Source: a virus
DNA: 64,000 bases
Virus record (IMG/VR): IMGVR_UViG_3300018080_000105
Span: 32,001 to 96,000 of that record
Strand: one strand, 5' to 3'
Under the pieces are notes generated by a model, which saw nothing but the letters and a program-made list of their open reading frames with translations, searched no databases and had not been told where the DNA came from. Shown piece after piece: positions 54,901 through 63,237 of this stretch. Within the stretch, counting starts at the first letter, position 1, and each line of letters begins with the position of its first letter. The translations under genes were made by a program, and so were the position numbers.

Positions 54901-55084
54901 GCCCGTTAGGGCACCGCCGTCTCGGTGTCGTAGCCTTGAAGACCGCTTGGCATTCCTGGCAGATGTACTCCAGTTCAGGATGCGGCAGCGGTCCTCCGTG
55001 CAGAAAGCGTTTGTACTCAGCCGGGTCAAGCTGTTGTCGGTGCATCGCCAACCCGATCAAAACATGTTCATCAAGTCGGGGCAT
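51902..55084 (-). CDS. 1060 aa acidic protein: N-terminal Zn ribbon + six diverged helical repeats; only 4 Lys
   Basis: CQEC..CPNGH; repeat anchors FHGFL/ARGFL/WDGYV/MDGYL/LRGYL/WDGYI; last unit carries AGHAFNMTRNGHGVGFWD. Confidence 0.8.
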   Translation of the reverse strand: MPRLDEHVLIGLAMHRQQLDPAEYKRFLHGGPLPHPELEYICQECQAVFKATTPRRRCPNGHTIDGQRPTMEVELSDGVRYPAHPVLLMPAPAEMRRVDDPPPPVQVFGNEDPPMLADGDSSFDAAFHGFLSGLWVVASQAQGFGAIPDPHIRRQTVQSYLEHNQTLEDKRTFFMNYCSRCAGNVPAAQEWLFGAAAAWALNAEDHMISDTLATRVGTLPADVRLRIANWAAQQPQWRIVLAAARVGDHPALPDAEVVYEIVSEVSSPRAGFERQHMNEPPAPAATQWQTSLEYYSRTVEEQAQIFNRPSDFVDFARGFLEATGTLTRNYDGSLVRLVDADYLNLRYHEGQLMVFLEQHEAVRDLVDLLRQGFEVLTHSEEPAPDRTYFYYGMAFCSFLNRITLPENPEYEQLYITQLRELAWTKAPFWFEVDGQGNDWTALTLRQCPHPDANQATGLMRYYPSEMQTSEMRMAWDGYVMGLMVTAVVAPDVEIDFRTINYVEFLHYVTRRVSCSPGDAAVLANIQQVATADLTRPGQVSNPAQAGYVLALMQNNWPVQGWMTGMPGQAAPDTISYSSCWLRVYPRAVTEVPAAVLCRSQYPSNGNLPGYHVFMDGYLAAMQLHVLNEDDERVFPSDDGNRAFLFDTLRRIRFDLLQEIHDECMTVYQSVAEDVLDHDLHLHDVGMSFFYARNHISTPDIDEWNARLWQESSINWREIWATQFQPFWVRYAEQPSSPVLMQSSYPTIELLADDPSTVAERMQQFEQDFLRGYLYELGFHISERLPSRFADWEDSYHDAADAVVGLFSDEPLFNPLCDEVCAFANRYQHLMPSVHLTPFENGRMFWRAAAGRDAGLWTDPSCQNGLLRALSVDRTTRITLVFDDNTWAISIEDNPRLPLLMLTDDPGFNAFWDGYIHSLASFAVCGNDDNDDSTCPLLGMDPNLEIAAQAVASTGDFYAVLRDAWCFYQDHCQYFENRESAAGHAFNMTRNGHGVGFWDGGWDHLGDNAEGTPGATVLTDACEQYDSCQLEWRFDDPEAAERAVDGEYENDPLNYDFLILN

Positions 55085-55087
55085 ACA

Positions 55088-55417
55088 TCACACTCGAATC
55101 TCTTCCAGAACCTCGAAAATCTCGGCAGAGTAATCGGGATCGCCCAGCTCTTCTTTCAGCATGAGTGACCCACAGTTCTGCATATCATCAGACTCAGCCA
55201 CCGCCGCCAACACCAGCACGCCCGCCAATTCAAACGGGCGTTCATGCGGTATCAGCGACGCTACGTGATCGACCCACTTGTTCCGATCATCTTCTGAGCC
55301 GAAGCAGCAAACATCAAACCCTTCGCACTGAGATACGATTCGGAAACCGTACTCAGTAGTCTTGTTGTCGCCGTCGTAATGAATCGTGCGATCCATCTCG
55401 TAGACATTAAATGACAA
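55088..55417 (-). CDS. Hypothetical protein
   Basis: 109 aa ORF. Confidence 0.6.
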   Translation of the reverse strand: MSFNVYEMDRTIHYDGDNKTTEYGFRIVSQCEGFDVCCFGSEDDRNKWVDHVASLIPHERPFELAGVLVLAAVAESDDMQNCGSLMLKEELGDPDYSAEIFEVLEEIRV

Positions 55418-55434
55418 AACGTTGCTCCGTTGTC

Positions 55435-55737
55435 TTAGACTTGCTCATGCTCGACACGAACCTTCGGGTCGAAGATGACGAAACCCAACGTGTGATGATC
55501 GTAAGCGTAAGCAGCCCAGATTCGCTCCTCGATCTGCAACACGATCAACATCTTGTTGACGTACATCGCATCAATGCCCTTATTGGCCAAGGCCTCTCGC
55601 AGTGACTCATTAGCGTCATCCATCGACAACCGCAGATGCTCATAGGCGAAAGGGAACTCAGACAGCCCGTAGTGCATGTCCCAGAACTGCGTTCCCACTT
55701 TCAAATCGTCAACATTGTGTTGTAAAAAATCAGACAT
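55435..55737 (-). CDS. Hypothetical protein
   Basis: 100 aa ORF, overlap-coupled. Confidence 0.6.
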   Translation of the reverse strand: MSDFLQHNVDDLKVGTQFWDMHYGLSEFPFAYEHLRLSMDDANESLREALANKGIDAMYVNKMLIVLQIEERIWAAYAYDHHTLGFVIFDPKVRVEHEQV

Positions 55738-55924
55738 CCTTCAGCGATACCCCCAACCGCTTCGCCCGACGCTGCAGCCAACCACGAATCGGCGCGTCTT
55801 CCGGACAACGACCTTTGTTGAGTCGCTTCAGCGCTTCTTCAATCGCCATATCGCCGGTCTTGACCTGCTCACGAATTCCACGCGTGTCTTTTCTCACATC
55901 ATTCTCCAAGGCTGAGGCGGACAT
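55730..55924 (-). CDS. Hypothetical protein
   Basis: 64 aa ORF. Confidence 0.5.
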   Translation of the reverse strand: MSASALENDVRKDTRGIREQVKTGDMAIEEALKRLNKGRCPEDAPIRGWLQRRAKRLGVSLKDV

Positions 55925-56087
55925 AGTCCACCATGTCAGTCATTTCATACGATTCCCACAGCACCTGTCTTGGATTGCTGCGGTGGTACAAACAAAGCGT
56001 GCCACCCGCAAAATAGCGAACAGCAAAGTAATCAGTGTTGAGAATCCGGTGCTCTTTGAACCGGATGTACGTCGTCAGATGGCTCAC
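55899..56087 (-). CDS. Hypothetical protein
   Basis: 62 aa ORF, GTGA overlap. Confidence 0.5.
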   Translation of the reverse strand: MSHLTTYIRFKEHRILNTDYFAVRYFAGGTLCLYHRSNPRQVLWESYEMTDMVDYVRLSLGE

Positions 56088-56503
56088 GACGACTTCGTGT
56101 CACTGAACAAGTGCGTCAGGTCCACTTCGTAGATAATCGTGTACTGGGTCTGCATCGTCTTTGGATGCCAGTGCGACGTCACATGCAGCACCGTTGTATG
56201 GTCGTCGCGAAGCGCTGTAAGTCGCCGCAACACGTTGGTCGGATCCGCGTACTCTTTCAACAACACCGGAGCCTTCGCGATCTCCGCCAGCCAAGTCGCC
56301 AACGATGCGTCTGTCACTTCCCGCCCGCCGGAAACCGGCCGCACGTAGTCTCGATCATCAAACGTGTTAGGGCCAGCATGCAGGATATCCACCTTCATAC
56401 CCGCCCGCCCCTCCAACGCAAAGAACAGGTGATGATCACAACCAGCGGCTTCCGCCCGCGACCACAACCCTGGCGGCAACGCAGCCGCCGTCTCGTAACT
56501 CAT
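56084..56503 (-). CDS. Hypothetical protein
   Basis: 139 aa ORF with AAGGAG SD. Confidence 0.65.
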   Translation of the reverse strand: MSYETAAALPPGLWSRAEAAGCDHHLFFALEGRAGMKVDILHAGPNTFDDRDYVRPVSGGREVTDASLATWLAEIAKAPVLLKEYADPTNVLRRLTALRDDHTTVLHVTSHWHPKTMQTQYTIIYEVDLTHLFSDTKSS

Positions 56504-56526
56504 GACGTTCTCCTTCCCAAACGTTG

Positions 56527-56542
56527 TCCGGACATGTCCGGA
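56527..56542. promoter_or_regulatory. Perfect 16 bp palindrome TCCGGACATGTCCGGA (operator-like)
   Basis: Intergenic; an 18/21 direct-repeat partner lies at 56609-56629. Confidence 0.4.
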
Positions 56543-56574
56543 TTCTGTTCGGTAATTCTCAGAACCCTGTAAAA

Positions 56575-57324
56575 TCAGGCCGACACCGTTTCAGCGATGG
56601 CCGGATCTTGTCCAAATATGTCCGGATTCGACTCCGAACAGTATTTTGGCTCTTTCATGTACGCGACCATCTTGTCCTGCACATACTCCAGCAACTGCTG
56701 AGAAGGGCGATCCAGAATACCCTCGTCCGCATGCACAGCACCCGGGACGAGCTTCAACCAGATCAACGCCATCGTGACCCGCTCTTGCCACTTTGCCACG
56801 TCGTGGCCCTGCAGCCCGAGACCGCTGACAATCAGAGCCCGTAACGTTTCATGTTGCAGGAACACCGGCAATGGTTTGTCGAGCATCTTTGGGTCCGGAT
56901 CTTTGACAAGGTATTCAGCCTCGCCAACCTCCAGATCCAAGTCAGAGTCTGCAACCCAAACCCATCCCATCACGTAATCGCCGGCATCTCCGCTCCCTGA
57001 AACAGGGGCATCAGCATCAACCTCGATCTTGCCGTCTTCTGCAAGGTGCTCCCTCGCATACGCGACCCGCAATTTGTCAACAACTGTTTGCTCATTCTCT
57101 CGCCGCCAGGACACAGTGCTCGGCAGCAGTGACAGAAAAAGATCGGCATTCGTATCGATCGCTTTCAACGTGGCAGCGATCACGTCCCGTATCGCAGAAG
57201 TCTTGTACGTACTCACAATCAATTGCGGCGGGATGTCTTCGTGCATTGCCGTCTGCTGCCCGACCCACTCAACCAACTTCTCGAAGTCAATGTTCGATAA
57301 ATCGCCCGTCATCAAGCCCTCCAA
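56575..57324 (-). CDS. Hypothetical phage protein
   Basis: 249 aa ORF with an AREHLAEDGKIEVD..YVMGWVWV segment. Confidence 0.65.
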   Translation of the reverse strand: MEGLMTGDLSNIDFEKLVEWVGQQTAMHEDIPPQLIVSTYKTSAIRDVIAATLKAIDTNADLFLSLLPSTVSWRRENEQTVVDKLRVAYAREHLAEDGKIEVDADAPVSGSGDAGDYVMGWVWVADSDLDLEVGEAEYLVKDPDPKMLDKPLPVFLQHETLRALIVSGLGLQGHDVAKWQERVTMALIWLKLVPGAVHADEGILDRPSQQLLEYVQDKMVAYMKEPKYCSESNPDIFGQDPAIAETVSA

Positions 57325-57602
57325 AGCAGACCGACCACCAAGCCGGCAAAGAACACCAGGCCCAACAGCCCGGCCAGTAAGACGCAGCCCAGCATTTCCA
57401 AAGCACGCTGGTCGTCATCGTATTCATCCGCAAAAGCAACCTGCCCGCCAAGCGGCCAGATCACCGGCAAAGAAAGAGCGTCGACATGAATCACCACCTG
57501 TTCCTGCTCAACCAACTCTTTCAGTGGCCCTTGCGGACGAGAATCGCTCCACAAATAGCCGTCTCCGCAACACAAAGCATCGCAGAGCACCGGAAGATCC
57601 AT
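57312..57602 (-). CDS. Small membrane protein (C-terminal TM)
   Basis: LGCVLLAGLLGLVFFAGLVVGLLW. Confidence 0.55.
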   Translation of the reverse strand: MDLPVLCDALCCGDGYLWSDSRPQGPLKELVEQEQVVIHVDALSLPVIWPLGGQVAFADEYDDDQRALEMLGCVLLAGLLGLVFFAGLVVGLLWRA

Positions 57603-57657
57603 TCCGTCAGCTTCCTCGCTGAAGTAATCACGGATTACGTCCAGCGCCAGCTTCGCA

Positions 57658-57954
57658 TCATCGGTCAGATAGATGATCCACCTCCGATAAGTTCTTCAGG
57701 CTGCCGACCCGGTATCCCAGAAACATCCCGGCCGCTAGCGTCGTGATACACACGAGCATAAACACACCATCTGCAATGTAAAAATGACCGGGCGGAGATG
57801 GTGCTCCCGTCATCTCGTACAACCCCGTAGGCGTCCAAATTGAGTAAGCATCTCCTTCGATACACTGTTGCCAGTATTCAGCCCATCGTGAGGTGTCGAC
57901 CTCTGCGCCGGGCAAAGGGGGCGGCGGCGGGACTGGCCCCGGCGGCGGGTACAT
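57658..57954 (-). CDS. Pro-rich small membrane protein
   Basis: Start ATG 57954 with AGGAGG SD; MYPPPGPVPPPPPLP; one TM. Confidence 0.6.
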   Translation of the reverse strand: MYPPPGPVPPPPPLPGAEVDTSRWAEYWQQCIEGDAYSIWTPTGLYEMTGAPSPPGHFYIADGVFMLVCITTLAAGMFLGYRVGSLKNLSEVDHLSDR

Positions 57955-58231
57955 ACGATTGTCCTCCTGGTTGTGCGATATTGTAATCAAGCGATTCCGG
58001 ATCGCCGGACTCTTCAAAAACTTCCTCATCGTGATGATGATGCGCTCGTCGTAGAATCTGATCGATATCGAGTCCTTCCCGGTCACACAAATGCAACAGA
58101 TCCACGAACAGATCTGCCACCATGTCCAGATAGTCTTCCAGGTTACCCAGGTAACTGGATTGATTCGTTTCTCGTGCAAATGCGGACACAGCCTTTTCAG
58201 CCCATGCCGCACGCTGCGCGTTCGTAGTCAT
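57878..58231 (-). CDS. Small helical phage protein
   Basis: NAQRAAWAEKAV..VADLFVDLLHL pattern. Confidence 0.6.
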   Translation of the reverse strand: MTTNAQRAAWAEKAVSAFARETNQSSYLGNLEDYLDMVADLFVDLLHLCDREGLDIDQILRRAHHHHDEEVFEESGDPESLDYNIAQPGGQSYVPAAGASPAAAPFARRRGRHLTMG

Positions 58232-58321
58232 GTGTTACCTTTCCGACAAGAGCGGAAGTGGGGGATTCGCACCCCTCGCTGCAATCTCCGCAGCAACTCG
58301 TACGCCCGATCTTTCCGTGTA

Positions 58322-58582
58322 TCAGTCACCTTTGGCATTGGCAGCCTCCTCGCACACAGGGCAGACCTGGTACAGAATGTACTCCTGCAACTCGTTGAAC
58401 GTGCCCGCCGCATAGATGAGCAGTAACAGCGCGAACAGAAGCACACTACCGATAGCCAAGCCTTTCAGTGCTTCGCTGGCGGCACGTCCGTGCTCGGCCG
58501 CCAGAACCACAGCAAGCAACCACGCGACCAGAAACACAATCAGCACCAAGACGTCTGCTGTGTGAGCTACCGTCCAATTCAT
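58322..58582 (-). CDS. Two-TM small membrane protein
   Basis: Two hydrophobic helices. Confidence 0.6.
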   Translation of the reverse strand: MNWTVAHTADVLVLIVFLVAWLLAVVLAAEHGRAASEALKGLAIGSVLLFALLLLIYAAGTFNELQEYILYQVCPVCEEAANAKGD

Positions 58583-58869
58583 GTTACTGCTTTCTGAAGT
58601 TGCGCAATCTCGTCGGTGAGTCGCTGCATCACCAAGCCCATCGCTTCTTCTTTCGCTGCCTCCAGGCCTCCGGCTTGCAACTCATGAGTTTTGAAAAACG
58701 GATCGCACGACAATAGCCAGGTATCCGGCGGATAATGAATGTGACGATGTACTCTGATCCGCACCGCACCACACGACAGACACCAGGCTTTCGGCTTCCG
58801 TTCCTCTACCGGTTCTCTCTGCGAGTAGCTCGAAATGTCTTCCCACTCAGGTTTTTTTGTTTTTGCCAT
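58579..58869 (-). CDS. Hypothetical phage protein
   Basis: Start ATG 58869 (MAKTKK). Confidence 0.55.
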   Translation of the reverse strand: MAKTKKPEWEDISSYSQREPVEERKPKAWCLSCGAVRIRVHRHIHYPPDTWLLSCDPFFKTHELQAGGLEAAKEEAMGLVMQRLTDEIAQLQKAVT

Positions 58870-59284
58870 CGGTAGCGTGGATCTCCCCTTCTTTGAGGTC
58901 AGCAGCATCCTCGGTTGTAATGCTGACAGTCTGATTCCAACCGGTGCCAATTTGGAGTGTCACACCTGTTTCTACAATGTGGCGAACGGCAATGGACACC
59001 TGCTCCTTAATAATACTACCTACCTTTCTGTCGACTGCGTCGCGAATCTTCCTGTCCATATCACGGTCCAGGCGATTACTAATCCAGCGATCCATACGCT
59101 CCTTTGGTATAGATATCGTTTCGAGCTCTGCTGTGGCACGCTCTTCCAAGCGCTTCTGGATCTTTTCCACATGCTCGTCAACCTGTGAACGCAGCTGTTC
59201 AGCTGAGAGCATCTTATTCACCACGTCCCGCACAGCATTTTTCAACTGAGCAGGCGTTACTCTAATCTCCAATCCGTCCATCAC
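58847..59284 (-). CDS. Hypothetical coiled-coil protein
   Basis: 145 aa helical ORF. Confidence 0.6.
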   Translation of the reverse strand: MMDGLEIRVTPAQLKNAVRDVVNKMLSAEQLRSQVDEHVEKIQKRLEERATAELETISIPKERMDRWISNRLDRDMDRKIRDAVDRKVGSIIKEQVSIAVRHIVETGVTLQIGTGWNQTVSITTEDAADLKEGEIHATDGKNKKT

Positions 59285-59930
59285 TCAAACTTTCAGATAT
59301 TAAGTTCTCAGGCAGAAACGGCAGATGCAGCGACGTTGTGGACATATACCATTCCACAGACTCCCACTCATCAAACGGATCCCCCGTCGTTTCGTAATAG
59401 AGCTGGGCCACTTCGTTGTCAGCCTGCACCCGGATCGTCTCCAATCGCCACTGTACGTCGCGCATCGGTTCGTGATAAGCGACAGCAACGATGTACGTGT
59501 CACCATGCGTGAACTGAGGGTTGTTCCCCAGCGCACCGCCCGGCAACCATTCGGACGTCACCATGAGCCGCTGCGGCCCTTTGAATGGCGTCAAGAGGTC
59601 CGTGCCAGACCGACTTACTCGCGTCCGGTACTCTGTCAACTCTTCAGCAGTCACCTGCTCTACTGACATCAACCGCACCAACAGCTCGCCAATCAGTGCC
59701 TTTCGCTCGGCCGACAGGTATCGCCACTGACGCTGCGACTTTGACAGTACGTCGATCAGTGCCAGCAGGTCTCGCTCTGCCTGGGACATGTCACGAGCGT
59801 GCACCCACAGCTCGTCCAGCTGTGTTTGCAAGTGCACCACGGCCACTCCGGAGTTGAGCTTCATCGCTTCCAGATAGTAAGCCCAGGAGCGTTCCAGCTT
59901 TTCAGTCAGACGCGATATCGGGGCAACCAT
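59262..59930 (-). CDS. Hypothetical phage protein
   Basis: Start ATG 59930 (MVAPIS) after a GGAG SD. Confidence 0.6.
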   Translation of the reverse strand: MVAPISRLTEKLERSWAYYLEAMKLNSGVAVVHLQTQLDELWVHARDMSQAERDLLALIDVLSKSQRQWRYLSAERKALIGELLVRLMSVEQVTAEELTEYRTRVSRSGTDLLTPFKGPQRLMVTSEWLPGGALGNNPQFTHGDTYIVAVAYHEPMRDVQWRLETIRVQADNEVAQLYYETTGDPFDEWESVEWYMSTTSLHLPFLPENLISESLSDGRIGD

Positions 59931-60927
59931 TGTCACTCTCCAGGAACACAGTAAACGCTTCAGAGTAATATCGCAGCACGCCAGACGTGACAGCCAACCG
60001 GGCCACATCTGTCAATGCGGACTCGATCACCGTGAACTCCGGCTTGGAAATATACCTGGTGACTGCCCGCTTCCGCATAAATGCCTTCAGCATCGCCATC
60101 AGGTCATCTTCCAGCTGCGGAAGATTGTACAGCGGCCGGTTGACGATCTGATCATTCAGCGAGATCAACGACTCGTCAGCACAGATCAAATACGCATGCC
60201 GCAACGCATCCGCCCAGCCCCCTGCCTGCTTCTGTGCTTCCTCAGAAGAAAACAACGGCGCAGACAGATCCGGCTCCCCGCCTTCAGCCTCATTCTCTTG
60301 AATCGCCTGGATGGTACTGAACTTGACCTCGCCAACCACGGACAAGTCTCGCACGAAGCCTATGCCGTCCAGCTCTTCGTGTATTTCGTAGGTCATACCG
60401 CGAGGAGTTACGATCGCCTGTTGACCGACCTGCAGAGCGTACGAATCCGCTCCGCGACAGCGATTAAGCAGCTCGGCCACCTCCTTCGCCGGGCCAGCAA
60501 TCTGCTTAACTTCCATAGCGCCAAGCGATTCTTTTGTCGCACTCGGGTGCAGTGTCACGTCCAGCAACACCAGTGACCCAAGAGGCATGTTGTCGTAGTA
60601 AATCACTCCCGGAGGCTCCGAGTCGTACGGCTCTACCACGCGGAGCTGGAACTCCGCGCCCATCAACACGCCGATCCCGTCGGCGCCCGGAAGTATCGTT
60701 GGTGCCGGCTCTTTGACCACTGCAACCAGCTCACACTTCCCAAGCCCGTCAATATCCAGCGAAATAGGGTCATCATTTAGGTCCTGGTCAACCAGCTGTC
60801 GCATTACCGCCACCGGCCCCATCACAGCCGTTGCATACAACAACTCTTCACGCAGCGACAAGCCGACCAACCAGATACCGTTGGGCAACTTCACGTCGCT
60901 ATAATCAACCACAGCTTCTTTTTGCAT
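59902..60927 (-). CDS. Hypothetical phage protein
   Basis: 341 aa ORF. Confidence 0.65.
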   Translation of the reverse strand: MQKEAVVDYSDVKLPNGIWLVGLSLREELLYATAVMGPVAVMRQLVDQDLNDDPISLDIDGLGKCELVAVVKEPAPTILPGADGIGVLMGAEFQLRVVEPYDSEPPGVIYYDNMPLGSLVLLDVTLHPSATKESLGAMEVKQIAGPAKEVAELLNRCRGADSYALQVGQQAIVTPRGMTYEIHEELDGIGFVRDLSVVGEVKFSTIQAIQENEAEGGEPDLSAPLFSSEEAQKQAGGWADALRHAYLICADESLISLNDQIVNRPLYNLPQLEDDLMAMLKAFMRKRAVTRYISKPEFTVIESALTDVARLAVTSGVLRYYSEAFTVFLESDNGCPDIASD

Positions 60928-60943
60928 CTACATCAGCTCCGTT

Positions 60944-61630
60944 TCAAAGAGAGGCGGCGTTCTTCTCCAGAATCGCCTTGCCGTCCGGGATGATTGGGTA
61001 TTCAACTTCCATACGTTCGTACTCATTGTCGTCACGATCATGCAAGAACCAGAACGCCTCAGTCAGCAGTCCTTTCTCCAGGATCTCCTCAGCCAGCTTT
61101 TCTGTTTCCTCAGATCGCCGTGCCTGTTCTTCCGCGCGGGCATATCGCTCCCACATTCGATGCGTAGCCACCCGCAGTTCATCATCAGCAGGGTCAATGT
61201 CCGCGACAATCGTCTTCGGCTTATTCATCGCGACAGGATAAGACTTGTAATACCCTTGGTCACGACGGTCTCGCATCACGTCCAAACAGGCCGTGCCCAG
61301 TTCGTCAATGTTGCGACACAGGTAGTAACGGTCCTCGTGCTTCTCTTTGAAGACCAGCAGCGTCGGCTGGTCGATCATGGCCTGGACCTGTCGGACATAG
61401 CTCATCGACACCTGCACTTCGGCGAACGGTGTGCCCTCGGGAACACACACACGCACACGGATACGCCCCGGCTGCGGCATGACCCACGTCTGTTTCAGAT
61501 CACTCCACGCACGCAAGTGGTAAGCGTCTTCACCTGCACGCGGCCAGGTGTGGTCATAGACGTACTCGAACTTACCGGCGAACAGTGTGTTGAACTCCGA
61601 CAATGTGATTGTTTCAGCTGCTTTTGTCAT
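60944..61630 (-). CDS. Hypothetical phage protein
   Basis: Start ATG 61630 (MTKAAE). Confidence 0.65.
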   Translation of the reverse strand: MTKAAETITLSEFNTLFAGKFEYVYDHTWPRAGEDAYHLRAWSDLKQTWVMPQPGRIRVRVCVPEGTPFAEVQVSMSYVRQVQAMIDQPTLLVFKEKHEDRYYLCRNIDELGTACLDVMRDRRDQGYYKSYPVAMNKPKTIVADIDPADDELRVATHRMWERYARAEEQARRSEETEKLAEEILEKGLLTEAFWFLHDRDDNEYERMEVEYPIIPDGKAILEKNAASL

Positions 61631-61820
61631 CTTCTTCCTTCGCAAAATCCCAACCACGAATCCAGTATTCACGACGCTGCCGTGTCAAGTTAGCCGGACC
61701 AGTAGCGTATTTGTTGTATGTTTGGTACGGGCACGAATCTCGACTGTCCCCGCGGCGGTAGGCCTCTCCGCCGCGTTTCTGACAACCGATCAAGTGCTTA
61801 TTCCACCGAGGACTGTGCAT
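61614..61820 (-). CDS. Rmf/CrpP-fold small protein (ribosome modulation factor-like)
   Basis: GGEAYRRGDSRDSCPYQT...RREYWIRGW vs E. coli RMF GYQAGIAGRSKEMCPYQTLNQRSQWLGGW. Confidence 0.6.
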   Translation of the reverse strand: MHSPRWNKHLIGCQKRGGEAYRRGDSRDSCPYQTYNKYATGPANLTRQRREYWIRGWDFAKEEDDKSS

Positions 61821-62085
61821 GAGCATACCCCAAGAGTTTCCGAGCAGTCGCGCGGTCGACTTCCATCGTCCGGCGTGGTTTCCACTCCCAACCGTTCCAC
61901 CACTGCTCCAGTATGTTGTACCGGAGAGCATTCTTCTCTTCACCTGTCCACATCGCTGTGGGCAGAAAATGTCGAGAGTCACCGATAATGAATGGGTTAC
62001 GCGGCAAATAACGCCGCTCACCCAGCCGATGCCCGTAAAGACAACAGTTCAGCCGTGTTACCAGTCGTTTTATCCGTCGAATCAA
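61798..62085 (-). CDS. Hypothetical protein
   Basis: 95 aa ORF, coupled. Confidence 0.5.
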   Translation of the reverse strand: MIRRIKRLVTRLNCCLYGHRLGERRYLPRNPFIIGDSRHFLPTAMWTGEEKNALRYNILEQWWNGWEWKPRRTMEVDRATARKLLGYAHAQSSVE

Positions 62086-62630
62086 AAGTCTCGCTCCTTC
62101 AGCCAGTCAGCAAATTCTCGGTAAGGTGGCAGATCTGCCGTGGTGGAGCGATTCTCCAACTCTGGCAGATCCCAGTACACATCACGTCTCTCTTCGTACC
62201 TAGCCAGCCAGGCACCCGCAGTGGCTATGTCCATCCAGTACGCCATGAACGCCTGCAGGTTTCGCGTCCGCAAATAATCAATTGCCAACTCACTGTACGC
62301 GTACTGCCAGGCGGCAAACTTCGGACACTCTTCATGCCGTCGGTTGTTTCGCTCCTCTGTCACGACATCCGTCGGCTCCTCGCCGGCCGTGTCGTGGTAC
62401 ATCGACATGACGCCCGTGTCGAAGATAGCCAACGTAGCGTAACAGCCGAAACAGACGTCCCCTTCCCACTCGCCGAACGTGCGGGATTCCAGCTTCACGT
62501 TCTCAAACTCACCCGCGAAGTATGCTTCCGCTCCGCGGATCATGGCGTAAACAGCGTCGCTGGGCTTTTCCCAGATCGTGTTCTTGTACAGAGGGAAACT
62601 ACGCTTCTGAATTACAGTCGTCACGTTCAA
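62082..62630 (-). CDS. Hypothetical protein
   Basis: 182 aa ORF. Confidence 0.6.
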   Translation of the reverse strand: MNVTTVIQKRSFPLYKNTIWEKPSDAVYAMIRGAEAYFAGEFENVKLESRTFGEWEGDVCFGCYATLAIFDTGVMSMYHDTAGEEPTDVVTEERNNRRHEECPKFAAWQYAYSELAIDYLRTRNLQAFMAYWMDIATAGAWLARYEERRDVYWDLPELENRSTTADLPPYREFADWLKERDF

Positions 62631-63096
62631 ATGCCTTCCTGATCCGGTTCACGGCGTTGCGTAACTCTTCCAGGTCGTCGCGATGCTCAAAGTTGAACTG
62701 GAACTCATGCGGTGTCACGAATCCAACACTGTCCGGGTAGTGCGTCTCCACGATCTCAGCCTGCTGGCAAGCCCGGCCGATCGCATCCACATCTGCGGAG
62801 TCAACATTGAAAGGTCGCCCATACAATCGCTTCAGAATCTCCAGTGCCAGGTCCCGAAACAAATCCTTGTCAGGGTGATCGACCCGCGGGTCGTCTGCCT
62901 CATTAAGCAACGCTGCCGCGATCACCACCGGTGGCAGGTCTTCCCCGCCCGCGCCAAAGCAGTCCACGCCCCAGCCTTCAGTAATCCACTCCCTCGCTTG
63001 TTGGATATAACCCTCGCGACTCTGCCCGTTAATTGCCAGGTGGCCAGCATCAACCTCCTTCAACCAGTCCATTATTGCGATGGTATTCTTCATCAC
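62599..63096 (-). CDS. Hypothetical protein
   Basis: 165 aa ORF. Confidence 0.6.
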   Translation of the reverse strand: MMKNTIAIMDWLKEVDAGHLAINGQSREGYIQQAREWITEGWGVDCFGAGGEDLPPVVIAAALLNEADDPRVDHPDKDLFRDLALEILKRLYGRPFNVDSADVDAIGRACQQAEIVETHYPDSVGFVTPHEFQFNFEHRDDLEELRNAVNRIRKAFERDDCNSEA

Positions 63097-63237
63097 TTCC
63101 TCTCAGCCTTCGGTTTCTCCCACGTGTCGTAACGACCCCGCATGCAGTAGCACACCAGACAGATCGCGTAGCTCATTCCACTGGGATAACGTACCCAGTG
63201 AACTCTCCAGCCTTTCTTGCGGCATTTACACACCGCG

